A stretch of 64,000 nucleotides of DNA from an uncultured Acidimicrobiia bacterium (GTDB lineage: Bacteria; Acidobacteriota; Terriglobia; Versatilivoradales; Versatilivoraceae). Position 1 is the stretch's first letter, and each line of letters opens with the position of its first letter. This document shows positions 49,322 to 58,951 of the stretch, piece after piece. The notes below the pieces were generated by a model, which was not told the origin of the DNA, made no database searches, and saw nothing but the letters and a program-made list of their open reading frames with translations. Made by a program: the position numbers and the translations under genes. The stretch covers positions 1,399,759 through 1,463,758 of the forward strand of contig CAWBAT010000005.1 in NCBI GenBank assembly GCA_963786955.1, given 5' to 3'.

Positions 49322-50203
49322 CTACTTCGCTTTCTTCTTGATTGCGCCCGGCGAATCTACGCCTTTCTTGGGCAAGGGGTAGTAGCCGACTTCCTCAACC
49401 AACTTCTGGCCTTCGTGACCAAGAACCCAATCCACTAACTTTTTCATTTCACCGGACGGATCCCCAGCCGTATACCAGTAAAGATAGCGGCTAATCGGAT
49501 ATTTGCCACTCAAGACATTTTCCATGGAAGGCTCGACGGCAGGGCTGCTGTCATCCTTTTTGACCATGGCGTGATGAATCCCCTTGGCATAAGCGATACC
49601 CCCGTAGCCGATGGACTTTGGGTCTTTCGCCACGGCATTGGTCACCGCCGATGTACCAGGCAAAGTTTGAATCGTAGGATAAAAATCCGCGTTCCCTAAT
49701 ACATGCTCCTTAAAGTAGGCATAAGTACCGGAATTGTTTTCCCGGCTATACGCAATGATCATGCCCGCTTTTCCTCCAACGTCCTTCCAATCAGTAATCT
49801 TTCCGGTGTAGATTCCCTTAATCTGCTCCAGCGAGAGCTCCTTGATCGGGTTGGCTGAGTTCAAATAGATGGCCAAGCCGTCGACCGCAACTGGGATCTC
49901 CACAACGGCTGCATTGCGTTTGGTTTTCACTTCATCTTTTTCCTTGTCCTTCATCGGGCGGGAGGCTTCACAAATATCCGTGGTCCCGTTGATCAGGGCT
50001 GCGATTCCAGTACCGGAACCGCCACCCGTAACCTGGATTCGCGAACCGGGATTCTTCTTCATATAAACCTCGGCCCAGCGCTGGCCGAGCAAAACCATCG
50101 TATCCGAACCCTTAATCGTTATGGCATTTTGGGCGAAATGAGAGCCGACAGGCACTAACATCAAAAGTAAGATGACCATAAGACACTTCTTGGTCCAGTT
50201 CAT
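49322..50203 (-). CDS. pstS: Phosphate-binding protein, short PstS/PBP-like-2 type
   Basis: Signal peptide, then ITIKGSDTMVLLGQRWAEVY and GGGSGTGIAAL. Heads the pstCAB-phoU string. Confidence 0.8.
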   Translation of the reverse strand: MNWTKKCLMVILLLMLVPVGSHFAQNAITIKGSDTMVLLGQRWAEVYMKKNPGSRIQVTGGGSGTGIAALINGTTDICEASRPMKDKEKDEVKTKRNAAVVEIPVAVDGLAIYLNSANPIKELSLEQIKGIYTGKITDWKDVGGKAGMIIAYSRENNSGTYAYFKEHVLGNADFYPTIQTLPGTSAVTNAVAKDPKSIGYGGIAYAKGIHHAMVKKDDSSPAVEPSMENVLSGKYPISRYLYWYTAGDPSGEMKKLVDWVLGHEGQKLVEEVGYYPLPKKGVDSPGAIKKKAK

Positions 50204-50246
50204 AAATAAAGCTCCTTATCAAGCATAAATTAGGGATATCTCACTG

Positions 50247-50286
50247 ATGTGAACTAAATGTTAAATTTGTGTTAATTTTACATTAA
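50247..50286 (-). promoter_or_regulatory. Candidate Pho box (4 phased half-sites) upstream of pstS-pstCAB-phoU
   Basis: The + strand has atgtgaa (50247), atgttaa (50258), gtgttaa (50269) and acattaa (50280). On the minus strand these are TTAATGT, TTAACAC, TTAACAT and TTCACAT at 11-bp spacing, 44-83 bp upstream of ATG 50203. Confidence 0.55.
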
Positions 50287-50311
50287 ATTACTGAGTCCTT
50301 GTTGAGGCAGT

Positions 50312-51973
50312 TCAAAAAACGAAGGCGAACTGACTCTGGAAGCGGTAACTCGTTGCGGTCCCTCTCTGAACGGGAACATAAAATAGTTGGCTGGGGCTGT
50401 TCCCACGCCGTTCATCGGTAATAAAGACCAGGTTTTGCCACTGGAGAAATTTCGCTAAACCAATGTCAAAACGGAAGGCATGAGTCGCAATATTGACCCC
50501 GGAGTTCGTTCCGAAGTCGTCGTCCGTAAACTGGGAAACCATTGAGTTACCGTCCTTGATGCCATACTGGTAAAGCACCCGCCAGTCACCGAATTTCTTG
50601 ACGGCGCCGAAGTTCACCGCGCCCAACACAGCATCCTGCAAAAAACCCGCCCCAAAATTACGCGACATCTGAACATTGAACCAGAAGGGCATTTCCCGAT
50701 CGCCCACTTTCACCGCCTTGTGCTCTAGCCGATAGGAGACTCGCATAATGTGAAAATCTGGGGCTGTATATATCGCGCCACCGGGGGTGGTGGTCGCATT
50801 ACCAGTGCCAGTGACCTGCGCCGAGAGCACCAATCCGAGTGCCGGGTTTATCAGAACCGGGAAGCCAGCAGGTGTGGAGGCCAGCTGAATCTCATTGGGA
50901 TTGCGGAACATCTCAGCATTTGCGACAATTGTGTGTTTCCAGGTACCCGTCGTATTTAGATTGAGCACAATTCCTTGGTCAAACATATTGGCATCACGAA
51001 CCTTCTGGCCGACCTGATAGCCTGCGCCAACGTAAGGAGAGCCAGTAGCTACGATGCCTACATTGGGATTGCTCAAAATATATTGAGCGGCCCGAAACTC
51101 CACCGAGTTGTTCTCATTAATAGGCAACTTGGCAATCTGCTGAAAGCCGTTAAACCGAACGTCGTCATCCCAGATGAATCTATAATTATCTGCAAAGACC
51201 TCCTCCATCCGGCCTCCGCGAACAGAGAATTTCTTGTTCGGATGAAAGTCCGCCCACCCTTCTGAAATGAAGATTGGTGCTCTGACAACTGTTGCCGCAA
51301 AATCCTGGTCAAAGGTCAGTCCATTGTTTATCGGACCGCTGCCAATCTGGAGATGGAAACTAAAGCGAGGATCTAGATCTTTGTCCACATTCAAGCGCAA
51401 TCGGTAACGTTCGCGGACGTTTTGAACTGGCCCCGAAACTGCATTTCCGGAGCGGAGTATTCCATCCGTCCGAAGGCGAAAGTCGCCGCTAAACTTGAAT
51501 CCCATGACCGAAAGTGCCATGGGTACGGGTTTTTCTTCCGCTTTTTTGTCATCTTTTTTTGCGACCACATTACTTTGTGCTGCCGCCCCGCCGGTGCCAG
51601 TAGCTTGTGGAGGGGTTGCGGATAGGGAGGCAACTTCAACGGTCGAACCTGCGTTTGGGGAAGCGGCAGCATCGGCCTTCCGTTCGAGAGCCAGTTTGTC
51701 GATGAGGGCCTGCTGCTGGGCTAGTTTTCCCTTGAGTTCCTCGATGGCTTGATGCTGCTGGAGAATCAAGTTTTGCAGATCGGTGATATCCCCTCGTGAA
51801 ACCGTTGAATCCGATCGACTCCCTGCAGGGACGTCAACCTTTGTAGCGTTTGCAGGCTCTGGTTCCGCCGCTTGGTACCGATTCAAGCAGACAAACGACA
51901 GAAACGCTATAAGCGTAAGCTTCGGCAGGATCCTTCGCAGAGAGGTAGTCTGTAGTGGGTTGCTGATGGCCAT
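50312..51973 (-). CDS. Outer-membrane porin, probably phosphate-selective (OprO/OprP-like), with N-terminal coiled-coil extension
   Basis: Signal peptide from MAISNPLQ... (ATG 51973). Coiled coil DLQNLILQQHQAIEELKGKLAQQQALIDKL. Alternating beta-strand pattern and C-terminal ...FQSQFAFVF ending in Phe. Located between phoB and pstS. The longer ORF to 52153 would overlap the Pho box. Confidence 0.6.
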   Translation of the reverse strand: MAISNPLQTTSLRRILPKLTLIAFLSFVCLNRYQAAEPEPANATKVDVPAGSRSDSTVSRGDITDLQNLILQQHQAIEELKGKLAQQQALIDKLALERKADAAASPNAGSTVEVASLSATPPQATGTGGAAAQSNVVAKKDDKKAEEKPVPMALSVMGFKFSGDFRLRTDGILRSGNAVSGPVQNVRERYRLRLNVDKDLDPRFSFHLQIGSGPINNGLTFDQDFAATVVRAPIFISEGWADFHPNKKFSVRGGRMEEVFADNYRFIWDDDVRFNGFQQIAKLPINENNSVEFRAAQYILSNPNVGIVATGSPYVGAGYQVGQKVRDANMFDQGIVLNLNTTGTWKHTIVANAEMFRNPNEIQLASTPAGFPVLINPALGLVLSAQVTGTGNATTTPGGAIYTAPDFHIMRVSYRLEHKAVKVGDREMPFWFNVQMSRNFGAGFLQDAVLGAVNFGAVKKFGDWRVLYQYGIKDGNSMVSQFTDDDFGTNSGVNIATHAFRFDIGLAKFLQWQNLVFITDERRGNSPSQLFYVPVQRGTATSYRFQSQFAFVF

Positions 51974-52129
51974 GATGAGTCTCCTTATAGTTTTGTTTAA
52001 AGAATTAAATCCGAGCGCTGAAAAGCTGAGTATGCCGAGATCATCCATACCCTTGCGTGAAGAGTCCCGGGTACTGACGAGCTTCAATTCATGTTTGCGC
52101 AAAAAAACCATGGGAAACATACAGGCACT

Positions 52130-52169
52130 GTGTAAAAAACATGTGTCTTTCATGTAAACTCGTGATGAA
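52130..52169 (-). promoter_or_regulatory. Candidate Pho box (4 phased half-sites) upstream of the porin
   Basis: The + strand has gtgtaaa (52130), atgtgtc (52141), atgtaaa (52152) and tgatgaa (52163). On the minus strand these are TTCATCA, TTTACAT, GACACAT and TTTACAC at 11-bp spacing. Confidence 0.5.
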
Positions 52170-52569
52170 CTTATTTCCCCGGGATTGAGAATGAACAGGC
52201 CCCAATAGTCGAGGTGAGATCTGAGGAAATTAGAAGCATGGGCCGTAAAATCACGGCCCCAATCTTCTTTCTACGAGAAGAATTCATGAGTTTCTATCAA
52301 AGTTCGAATGGAAGTTTTTTGCGGGGGGGTAAAGACGATCCGTCGAATGGGCAGATTCATGGTTGCGGGTCTGCTCACTTGCTCCAAGGTGATGGTGTCG
52401 CCTTTATGTAATGTATAGATTAGCTGCCCTGTTCCTTCATACCCAGGTGGGTCAAATTCTTCGGATTTTGCAGGTCAAGCAGCTCACCAATTATGAGGAA
52501 CTGCAAATTATTTGACTCAATGGCGATTGAGCTAGGCCAAAATGGCGAGAAAGAGGTTATATTTAGTCT

Positions 52570-53295
52570 CTACGCGGTGGCTGGCATGGAAGTGTTATCC
52601 GGATTCTTATGCGAACGAAACCGATAGCCGACACCGACGACAGTCTCGATGTAATTGTCGGCTTCCTCCCCGAGTTTCTTCCGGATTCTGCGGATATGCA
52701 CGTCCACAGTTCGAGTTTCTCCATAATAATTGTACCCCCACACCGCATCGAGAATCTTGTCTCGTGTCAACACGCGCCCAGTATTCCCCACCAGGATCTT
52801 CAAAAGACTAATTTCCTTAAAGGTAAATTTCAGTTCACGACCATGGAGTTGAGCGTGATAGTTATCAAAATCGATAGACAATTTCTGATCGCTGTAGGCT
52901 TCCACTCGGTCTGACTGAACTTCCACCCGGCGCAAAGCTGCCCTGATTCGCGCCAATAATTCGCGCATCGCGAAAGGCTTCGTGATGTAGTCATCGGCTC
53001 CCAACTCCAATCCGAGGACCTTATCGGACTCGCTGGCGAGGGCTGTAAGCATGATAATGGGTGTCTCTTTGGTCTCTCCGTTTTGGCGCAAGGCTCTACA
53101 GACTTCGGTACCGGTCATACCGGGAAGAATCAAATCGAGAATGATCAAATGAGGCCGCGCTTCCATAGCCAATTTAAGCCCTTCATCTCCGGTAGCAGAG
53201 GTGAGGACCGAAACGCCTCGTTCTTTCTCGAGGTTGTATTTCAAGATGTCCCGGATGTCTTTGTCGTCTTCAACAATTAAGATTCTTTTATTCAT
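52570..53295 (-). CDS. phoB: OmpR-family response regulator, PhoB by context
   Basis: Receiver (ILIVEDDKD, acceptor IILDLILPG, KPF) plus winged-helix domain (TRTVDVHIRRIRKKL...GVGYRF). Heads the porin-pst string. Confidence 0.75.
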   Translation of the reverse strand: MNKRILIVEDDKDIRDILKYNLEKERGVSVLTSATGDEGLKLAMEARPHLIILDLILPGMTGTEVCRALRQNGETKETPIIMLTALASESDKVLGLELGADDYITKPFAMRELLARIRAALRRVEVQSDRVEAYSDQKLSIDFDNYHAQLHGRELKFTFKEISLLKILVGNTGRVLTRDKILDAVWGYNYYGETRTVDVHIRRIRKKLGEEADNYIETVVGVGYRFRSHKNPDNTSMPATA

Positions 53296-53933
53296 TTTTG
53301 TCTATTCTCTTCTCTACAGAGCTGAACTCGTTTTCATTTTTCGAGACTCAATGGATCCAGTTTGCATAGACAGTCAGGGCAATAGTCAGTAACATGCTTC
53401 AAATCGTCATCGATTCTGTCATCAACGGGACCCAACCGAGGTCAAGGCCCATGATTCCAGTTTACCAGCGAGCAAAAGACTATGACTTTATTGTTACAGG
53501 AGTATTACAAAAAGATGAATCTTTGATGAAATTTGGAACGGCACGCATCCCAGTGAACATGTAAAACGATTTCAACAGGGCGGAATTCATGTTTATCAAG
53601 GCCGAGCACTTGCTGCGCTTTGAAGCTCTTCGATCAACTTGCTAACGAAGGAGCGGATGAGATCCCGTGTTTCACGAAATTTCCCAAGGACCGTTTGCTC
53701 TGATCGATGGTCGGTGTCAGCACCTAGCACTGCAAATCCGACTGATAATTGCATTCAGCGACGGTCAGGAGTATGTTATCGAGTGCGATTGCAGAATGGA
53801 AATTCGGGTTGGTCTGAATCAGTTCACCTGAGGAGAAAGCCAACGGACCATTTTGGAGCGTAAATCATCCGCCGCACAGACTTCCGTCCTGAAGTTCGAT
53901 CACAAATCTCTGGGCCTAAGGGAGAAAGTCTTT

Positions 53934-55466
53934 ATGTGTCGTCTTACCAGCGCTGTCCATTCATTTTTCGTGCTCGTTCTATTCTGCGGGGCCTCCAGTA
54001 TTTGGGCAGGAGATCAACGCGTTAAAGTTGAGGTCCACTGGGATCGAGTGACCCGCGTTTTGCAGACAACGCCGACGCTCTTACTCGGTGCAGCTCCCGA
54101 TATATCGCGCAGCGCCCCGCTCCACGACCGCATCTTTCAGACTATCAGGGATCTCGGGGCCGACGATCTGCGGTACGCAACGGGTGGCCCCTACCCCCAC
54201 TTCGGCGTCGTGGAGCGAGAGCCGCCAACTGCCACTACGACATCATGGGACTTCTCTACGATCGATCCTGTGACCGAGGACGTTGTAAACGCGACGCAAG
54301 GGCATACATTGGTGATGAACTTCACCAACATCCCGCAATGGATGTTTAAGACTTCTGAGCCGATCCCCTACCCGTCGGACCCTACCAAACGATTCTGGCA
54401 ATATACCAAGGGCACCGAGCTCCGCGATCCCACCTATCAGGAAGTTGCCGACTATTTTGCCCGTGTTGTCAGCTGGCACGTGAACGGCGGCTTCAAAGAC
54501 GAGCTCGGAAAATGGCACGAATCGGGGCACCACTATAAGATTGACTACTGGGAAGTGCTGAACGAACCGGACCTCGAGCACGGGTTCACCGCTCAGACCT
54601 ACACGAAACTTTACGACGTCGTGACGGAGGCGATCCATAAGGTTTCACCGCAAACAAAATTTATCGGAATCTCAGACTCCTACCCCGCCGGACATCCGGA
54701 ATTCTTTGCCTACTTCCTGGATCCCAAGAATCACAAGCCTGGGACGCCGCTCGACATGATCTCCTACCACTTCTATGCCGTGCCGAGCTCAGACGAACCT
54801 CCGGAAGCTCAGCAGTTCACGTTCTTCAACCAGGCCGACAGGTTCCTGGAGATCACTGGCTATATCGACGCCATTCGGCGGATGCTTTCGCCCAAGACCG
54901 GGACCATGGTGAATGAGATCGGCACGATGCTACCGGACGACTGGACACAGACGACTCCGGATTATGTATTCAAACCTATCAGGCCGTCCTACTGGAATCT
55001 GTCTGCGGCGACTTATGCCTACGTCTATGCGGGGCTAGCGCGGCTGGGAATTGATGCGGCCGGCGAATCGGGAATACCGGCCTCTCCAGGCATGTGGGCG
55101 AGCATCGCCATGCTGGATTGGAAAACCGCTCAACCCAACGCTCGGTTCTGGGCTCTGAAATTGATTCGCGACAACTTCCGGCCCAACGCCAGGATTGTGG
55201 AGACGTCCAGCGACCCGGGATACGTGATGGCACAGGCATACGTAACTTCTGGTGGAGAACGAAAGATCCTGCTGGTCAACAAACGCGATCGGGAATTCGA
55301 GATTGCCCTGCCCGAGGCCTCCAGCGGAGCAAAGATCGAATGGATCGACCTCGCGACAGGGTCGAACCCGCCCTCATCGCAATCGATTGCCGGTTCGACA
55401 TTCAAGCTGGGAGGATTCGGAGTTGCAGTCGTGACGCTCACGGTTGGACAACAAGCAACTGCTTGA
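53934..55466 (+). CDS. Secreted clan GH-A (TIM-barrel) glycoside hydrolase, GH39/GH30/GH5-like
   Basis: Signal peptide MCRLTSAVHSFFVLVLFCGASSIWA and YWEVLNEPD (the acid/base Glu context typical of clan GH-A). Family not resolved by eye. Confidence 0.5.
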   Translation: MCRLTSAVHSFFVLVLFCGASSIWAGDQRVKVEVHWDRVTRVLQTTPTLLLGAAPDISRSAPLHDRIFQTIRDLGADDLRYATGGPYPHFGVVEREPPTATTTSWDFSTIDPVTEDVVNATQGHTLVMNFTNIPQWMFKTSEPIPYPSDPTKRFWQYTKGTELRDPTYQEVADYFARVVSWHVNGGFKDELGKWHESGHHYKIDYWEVLNEPDLEHGFTAQTYTKLYDVVTEAIHKVSPQTKFIGISDSYPAGHPEFFAYFLDPKNHKPGTPLDMISYHFYAVPSSDEPPEAQQFTFFNQADRFLEITGYIDAIRRMLSPKTGTMVNEIGTMLPDDWTQTTPDYVFKPIRPSYWNLSAATYAYVYAGLARLGIDAAGESGIPASPGMWASIAMLDWKTAQPNARFWALKLIRDNFRPNARIVETSSDPGYVMAQAYVTSGGERKILLVNKRDREFEIALPEASSGAKIEWIDLATGSNPPSSQSIAGSTFKLGGFGVAVVTLTVGQQATA

Positions 55467-56117
55467 TTTAAGCTCAGCCGAGACAAACGGTTTATCGAGA
55501 AACTGCGTGACATTGTGGGCTTGTACCTGAATCCTCCCGATAAGTCGCTGGTGCTGTGCGTCGACGAGAAATCGCAGATTCAAGCCCTGGATCGAACTCA
55601 GCCGGGGTTGCCTTTGAAGAAGGGGCGTTGTGGCACCCTGACTCACGATTACAAACGCCACGGCACCACGACGCTGTATGCCGCCCTGAGCCTGCTGGAC
55701 GGCCGCGTGATCGGCGATTGTATGCCGAGGCATCGCCACCAGGAGTTCATTCGGTTTTTGAAGCGGATCGACTGCCAGACTCCCGATGAGCTGAACCTGC
55801 ATCTGATCGTCGACAATTACGGAACACACAAACATCCCCGCGTAGTGTCCTGGCTTCGACGCCACCCCAGGTTTCATTTGCACTTTACTCCGACCTCGAG
55901 CTCTTGGCTGAATCTGGTAGAACGCTGGTTTCGCAATCTCACGGAGAAACGCATTCGCCGCGGTTCTTTTGCCAGTGTTCCTGATTTGGTAGCCGTCATC
56001 GAAGACTACTTGCGGAAGCATAACGAAAAACCTCAGGTTTTCGTTTGGACAGCAACAGCTGACCAAATACTGGCCAAAGTCATCAAATGTAAAGAAGCGT
56101 TAGACGCACTACACTAG
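55467..56117 (+). mobile_element. 5'-truncated IS630-family transposase remnant (DDE domain only)
   Basis: [43 protein letters not shown]...[10 protein letters not shown]...[15 protein letters not shown] is the C-terminal two thirds of IS630-type transposases. The N-terminal HTH region and left inverted repeat are absent. It begins in the codon after the GH stop. Confidence 0.75.
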
Positions 56118-56373
56118 GTAACTGAACAAACCTATTTGCAATTACGACACTCGAAACCTAATTTGCTAGAATTCTTCATATTTTCGACTCGTAGCGATCG
56201 GGACCTGATTCGACGATTCGTTGAAAGTAATCCCGCCTTTAGACGGAGACAATTTCTGTGAGTGAAGAACTTAGAGCATCCGAATTGATATGTTTTGGAC
56301 TTAGAAAGTGGGGAAGAAGTCTGAACAGTAGGGAGTTCCGGGAAGGGGATTGCTTGGATCTAAGACATCTCCT

Positions 56374-56679
56374 TCATACGCAGACCAATATTTCTCCAGC
56401 TTCAATCTTCGTCTCGTAACAGGTAACTTTAGCCGCTGGATTCAGAGTTGATGTTCCAGTCGTCACATCGTAAGTCCATCGATGCCAGGGGCAGGTCACA
56501 ATCTTCCCTTGCAGTTCGCCTTCGCCAAGAGGTCCGCCACGGTGGACGCAAGTACCATCGATTGCATAGAATGAGCCATCAACGTTGAAAAGAGCAATGC
56601 CTTTGCCGTTAACCTCAACCGTTTTTCCGCTTCCGGAAGCAATATCAGCGACGTTTGCCACTGAGACAAATTCTGCCAT
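56374..56679 (-). CDS. Rieske [2Fe-2S] ferredoxin-type small protein
   Basis: CVHRGGPL...CPWHRW (CxH-N17-CxxH) in a 101-aa protein. Confidence 0.8.
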   Translation of the reverse strand: MAEFVSVANVADIASGSGKTVEVNGKGIALFNVDGSFYAIDGTCVHRGGPLGEGELQGKIVTCPWHRWTYDVTTGTSTLNPAAKVTCYETKIEAGEILVCV

Positions 56680-56796
56680 ATAAAATTAAACCTCCGTATG
56701 CTTTTATGGATTGGTCCAACCCAATAACTCGTTTAGCGTAACCTAAGCCATACAAATGTCAAATGGTTCTATGAGGAGTCTCCAGCAACGTAAGCT

Positions 56797-57957
56797 ATGA
56801 TAATGAGTCCATGTTTATTTTACACAGCCTTGTTTTCTCTGCTGATCCTAATCGTCATCACCATCGAGTTGATCAAAGGTGTGAGGGCATTGGGATTTCT
56901 GGAGGACGTGCCACCGAATGACTCACCCACTCCTCCGCTGGTGTCGGTTGTTATTCCCGCCCGAAATGAAAAAAGGCACCTTGAAATGGCGCTGCAATCG
57001 ATGTTGAGTCAGAAATATCCTCAGTTCGAGGTTGTTGTCATTGATGACCGCTCGACAGATGCGACGGGAGAAATCTTGGATCGCATGGCCGTTCACAACT
57101 CTTTGTTAAAAGTGTTCCATATCCGGGAATTACCTCAGGGGTGGCTGGGAAAAAACTACGCATTGTCCTATGGCGCGAGCAAGGCCCGGGGGGAACTGCT
57201 CCTTTTTACTGATGCTGATGTGATCATGGAACCGACAACCCTGAGCCGGGCCGTCAACTATCTGATTCAGGAACGGTTTGATCACTTGACCCTGTCGCCT
57301 ACGCTCTCCATGCCCAGTTTAATTCTCAGAATCTTTGTGACAGGGTTTTATTTTTTCTTCAGCCTCTATGCCAGGCCATGGAAAGCGCGAGATCCGAAAA
57401 GCCACGCCCATATCGGGATTGGCGCCTTTAATCTCATCAGACAACAGGTCTACCAAGCCATCGGGACACATCAGGTGATTGCGATGCGTCCGGACGATGA
57501 TATGAAACTAGGAAAGATTGTAAAAAAGAATGGATTCTCCCAGGGGTTCCTATTTGGAAACCGTTTTATTTCCGTGGAATGGTACGCTTCGGTGCGGGAA
57601 CTGGTTCACGGGATGATGAAGAACTCTTTTGCGGGTGTGGGATATCGAATATCAATGGTTGTTGCGGCGACCCTTGGTCAATTCATGCTTTTTATCTGGC
57701 CATTTCTAGCAGTCTTTTTGGCAGATGGTCTAACTCGCTGGGTTTACATGGTCATCGTTCTGATCCTCTTACTAATCATGGGCTACGGCGCTCACCTTTG
57801 CCACGGCAGTCCTTGGTTGGGGCTAGGACTTCCTTTGGCCAGCGCTCTACTTCTTTACATTTTCTGGAAATCCATGATCCAGACGTTGTGGCGCCAGGGG
57901 ATTTTTTGGCGGGAGACCTTTTACCCTCTTCGATTACTCAAAGCCAATAAAGTCTGA
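56797..57957 (+). CDS. Membrane-anchored family 2 glycosyltransferase
   Basis: VSVVIPARNE, VVVIDDRSTD and TDADV (DxD), flanked by N- and C-terminal TM helices. Confidence 0.75.
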   Translation: MIMSPCLFYTALFSLLILIVITIELIKGVRALGFLEDVPPNDSPTPPLVSVVIPARNEKRHLEMALQSMLSQKYPQFEVVVIDDRSTDATGEILDRMAVHNSLLKVFHIRELPQGWLGKNYALSYGASKARGELLLFTDADVIMEPTTLSRAVNYLIQERFDHLTLSPTLSMPSLILRIFVTGFYFFFSLYARPWKARDPKSHAHIGIGAFNLIRQQVYQAIGTHQVIAMRPDDDMKLGKIVKKNGFSQGFLFGNRFISVEWYASVRELVHGMMKNSFAGVGYRISMVVAATLGQFMLFIWPFLAVFLADGLTRWVYMVIVLILLLIMGYGAHLCHGSPWLGLGLPLASALLLYIFWKSMIQTLWRQGIFWRETFYPLRLLKANKV

Positions 57958-57962
57958 GATCT

Positions 57963-58769
57963 TTAGCAAGCCACCGTATTAGGGCTCACCTGTTCCTTGA
58001 TAAAGGAGATGGAAAGAAGATTGAAGAGATCAGGACGATCCACATTACAGACATGACCGGAGTTTCCGATGATCTTCAAAATACAGTGTCTATGTTTGCG
58101 AATAATCTGCTTGAGCGGGGGGAGAAACATATAGTCTTCCTCGCCCATCAAATAAAGGGTTGGAATGGGAATTTCTTTTTCTTCGAAATAATCCAAGAGA
58201 GGGTTGACTTCGTAGGTTAGCCGAAACCAGCGGATGAATTCCTTCTGGCAGAGTTTCCTGGCCTCATGGATAAAAAGATACCTGGATTTCTGGTGTCTCT
58301 TCTTGGGCATGATAATCCAGGCAAACAAGCTGTAGAGCCAAAGATATGGAATGATTCTTTTGAAGGTATTTCCTAGCATCACGAGGATCTTGGATCGCAC
58401 ATTCAGCCGAGTAATGGCTCCACCGAGAATCATGGATCGAATCCGCAAAGGCGCGATTTCGCCGATCGCACGGATGATAATCGTCCCCAGAGAGATACCG
58501 ACGAAATGGGCTGTTCGGATGCGTAGGTGATCCAATACCTCCAGGATTTCCCAGCCGATGTCTTCGAATGTGTACCGGCCTAGAGACTTGACGCCTTCAG
58601 CTAAGTTCCTGGATTTTCCATGGCCCCGCAAATCGATCATGAGGACGTTAAAATGCTTCCTGAATTCACGGAGTTGCTTAAACCAGATGGAGGAACTCCC
58701 CCCCGCGCCGTGAACGAAGACCACCCAGTCATTCTGAGGACTTTTTTCGTATTTCCAGTAGTGCAACAT
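57963..58769 (-). CDS. Alpha/beta-fold hydrolase
   Basis: HGAGGS oxyanion region, nucleophile elbow GISLGT, His in SGHV. Confidence 0.7.
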   Translation of the reverse strand: MLHYWKYEKSPQNDWVVFVHGAGGSSSIWFKQLREFRKHFNVLMIDLRGHGKSRNLAEGVKSLGRYTFEDIGWEILEVLDHLRIRTAHFVGISLGTIIIRAIGEIAPLRIRSMILGGAITRLNVRSKILVMLGNTFKRIIPYLWLYSLFAWIIMPKKRHQKSRYLFIHEARKLCQKEFIRWFRLTYEVNPLLDYFEEKEIPIPTLYLMGEEDYMFLPPLKQIIRKHRHCILKIIGNSGHVCNVDRPDLFNLLSISFIKEQVSPNTVAC

Positions 58770-58951
58770 AATCTTTCAGGAACCTTGGATTAACCCAATT
58801 GATTTCAGCGCGCGATCAGGCCAGTGGTATCTTACCCTCAATCGAGAGGCTCTAAAACGGAAACATCACCAACTCTATTTAACGATCAAAAAGCCTTGGA
58901 CCCTTAAAGCTTTCTTGCTGTAATCCCTATTGGACCAGAATGGAGGATTGA

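Noticed and set aside
53590-53835. Coding-looking minus-strand peptides (GELIQTNPNFHSAIALDNILLTVAECNYQSDLQ / GADTDHRSEQTVLGKFRETRDLIRSFVSKLIEELQ) that might be a toxin-antitoxin or HEPN-like gene
   Set aside because: There is no start codon, the two pieces are in different frames, and I cannot assign a family from memory. I mention them only as a possible gene relic.
55374-56066. 230-aa ORF antisense to the IS630 remnant, and similar long antisense ORFs (18453-19076, 4863-5396, 2921-3391, 29437-30015, 30052-30567, 61045-61647, 35454-36263 N-terminal part)
   Set aside because: They are shadow ORFs opposite strongly supported genes, with low-complexity Arg/Ser/Pro-rich translations, no family resemblance and no start context.
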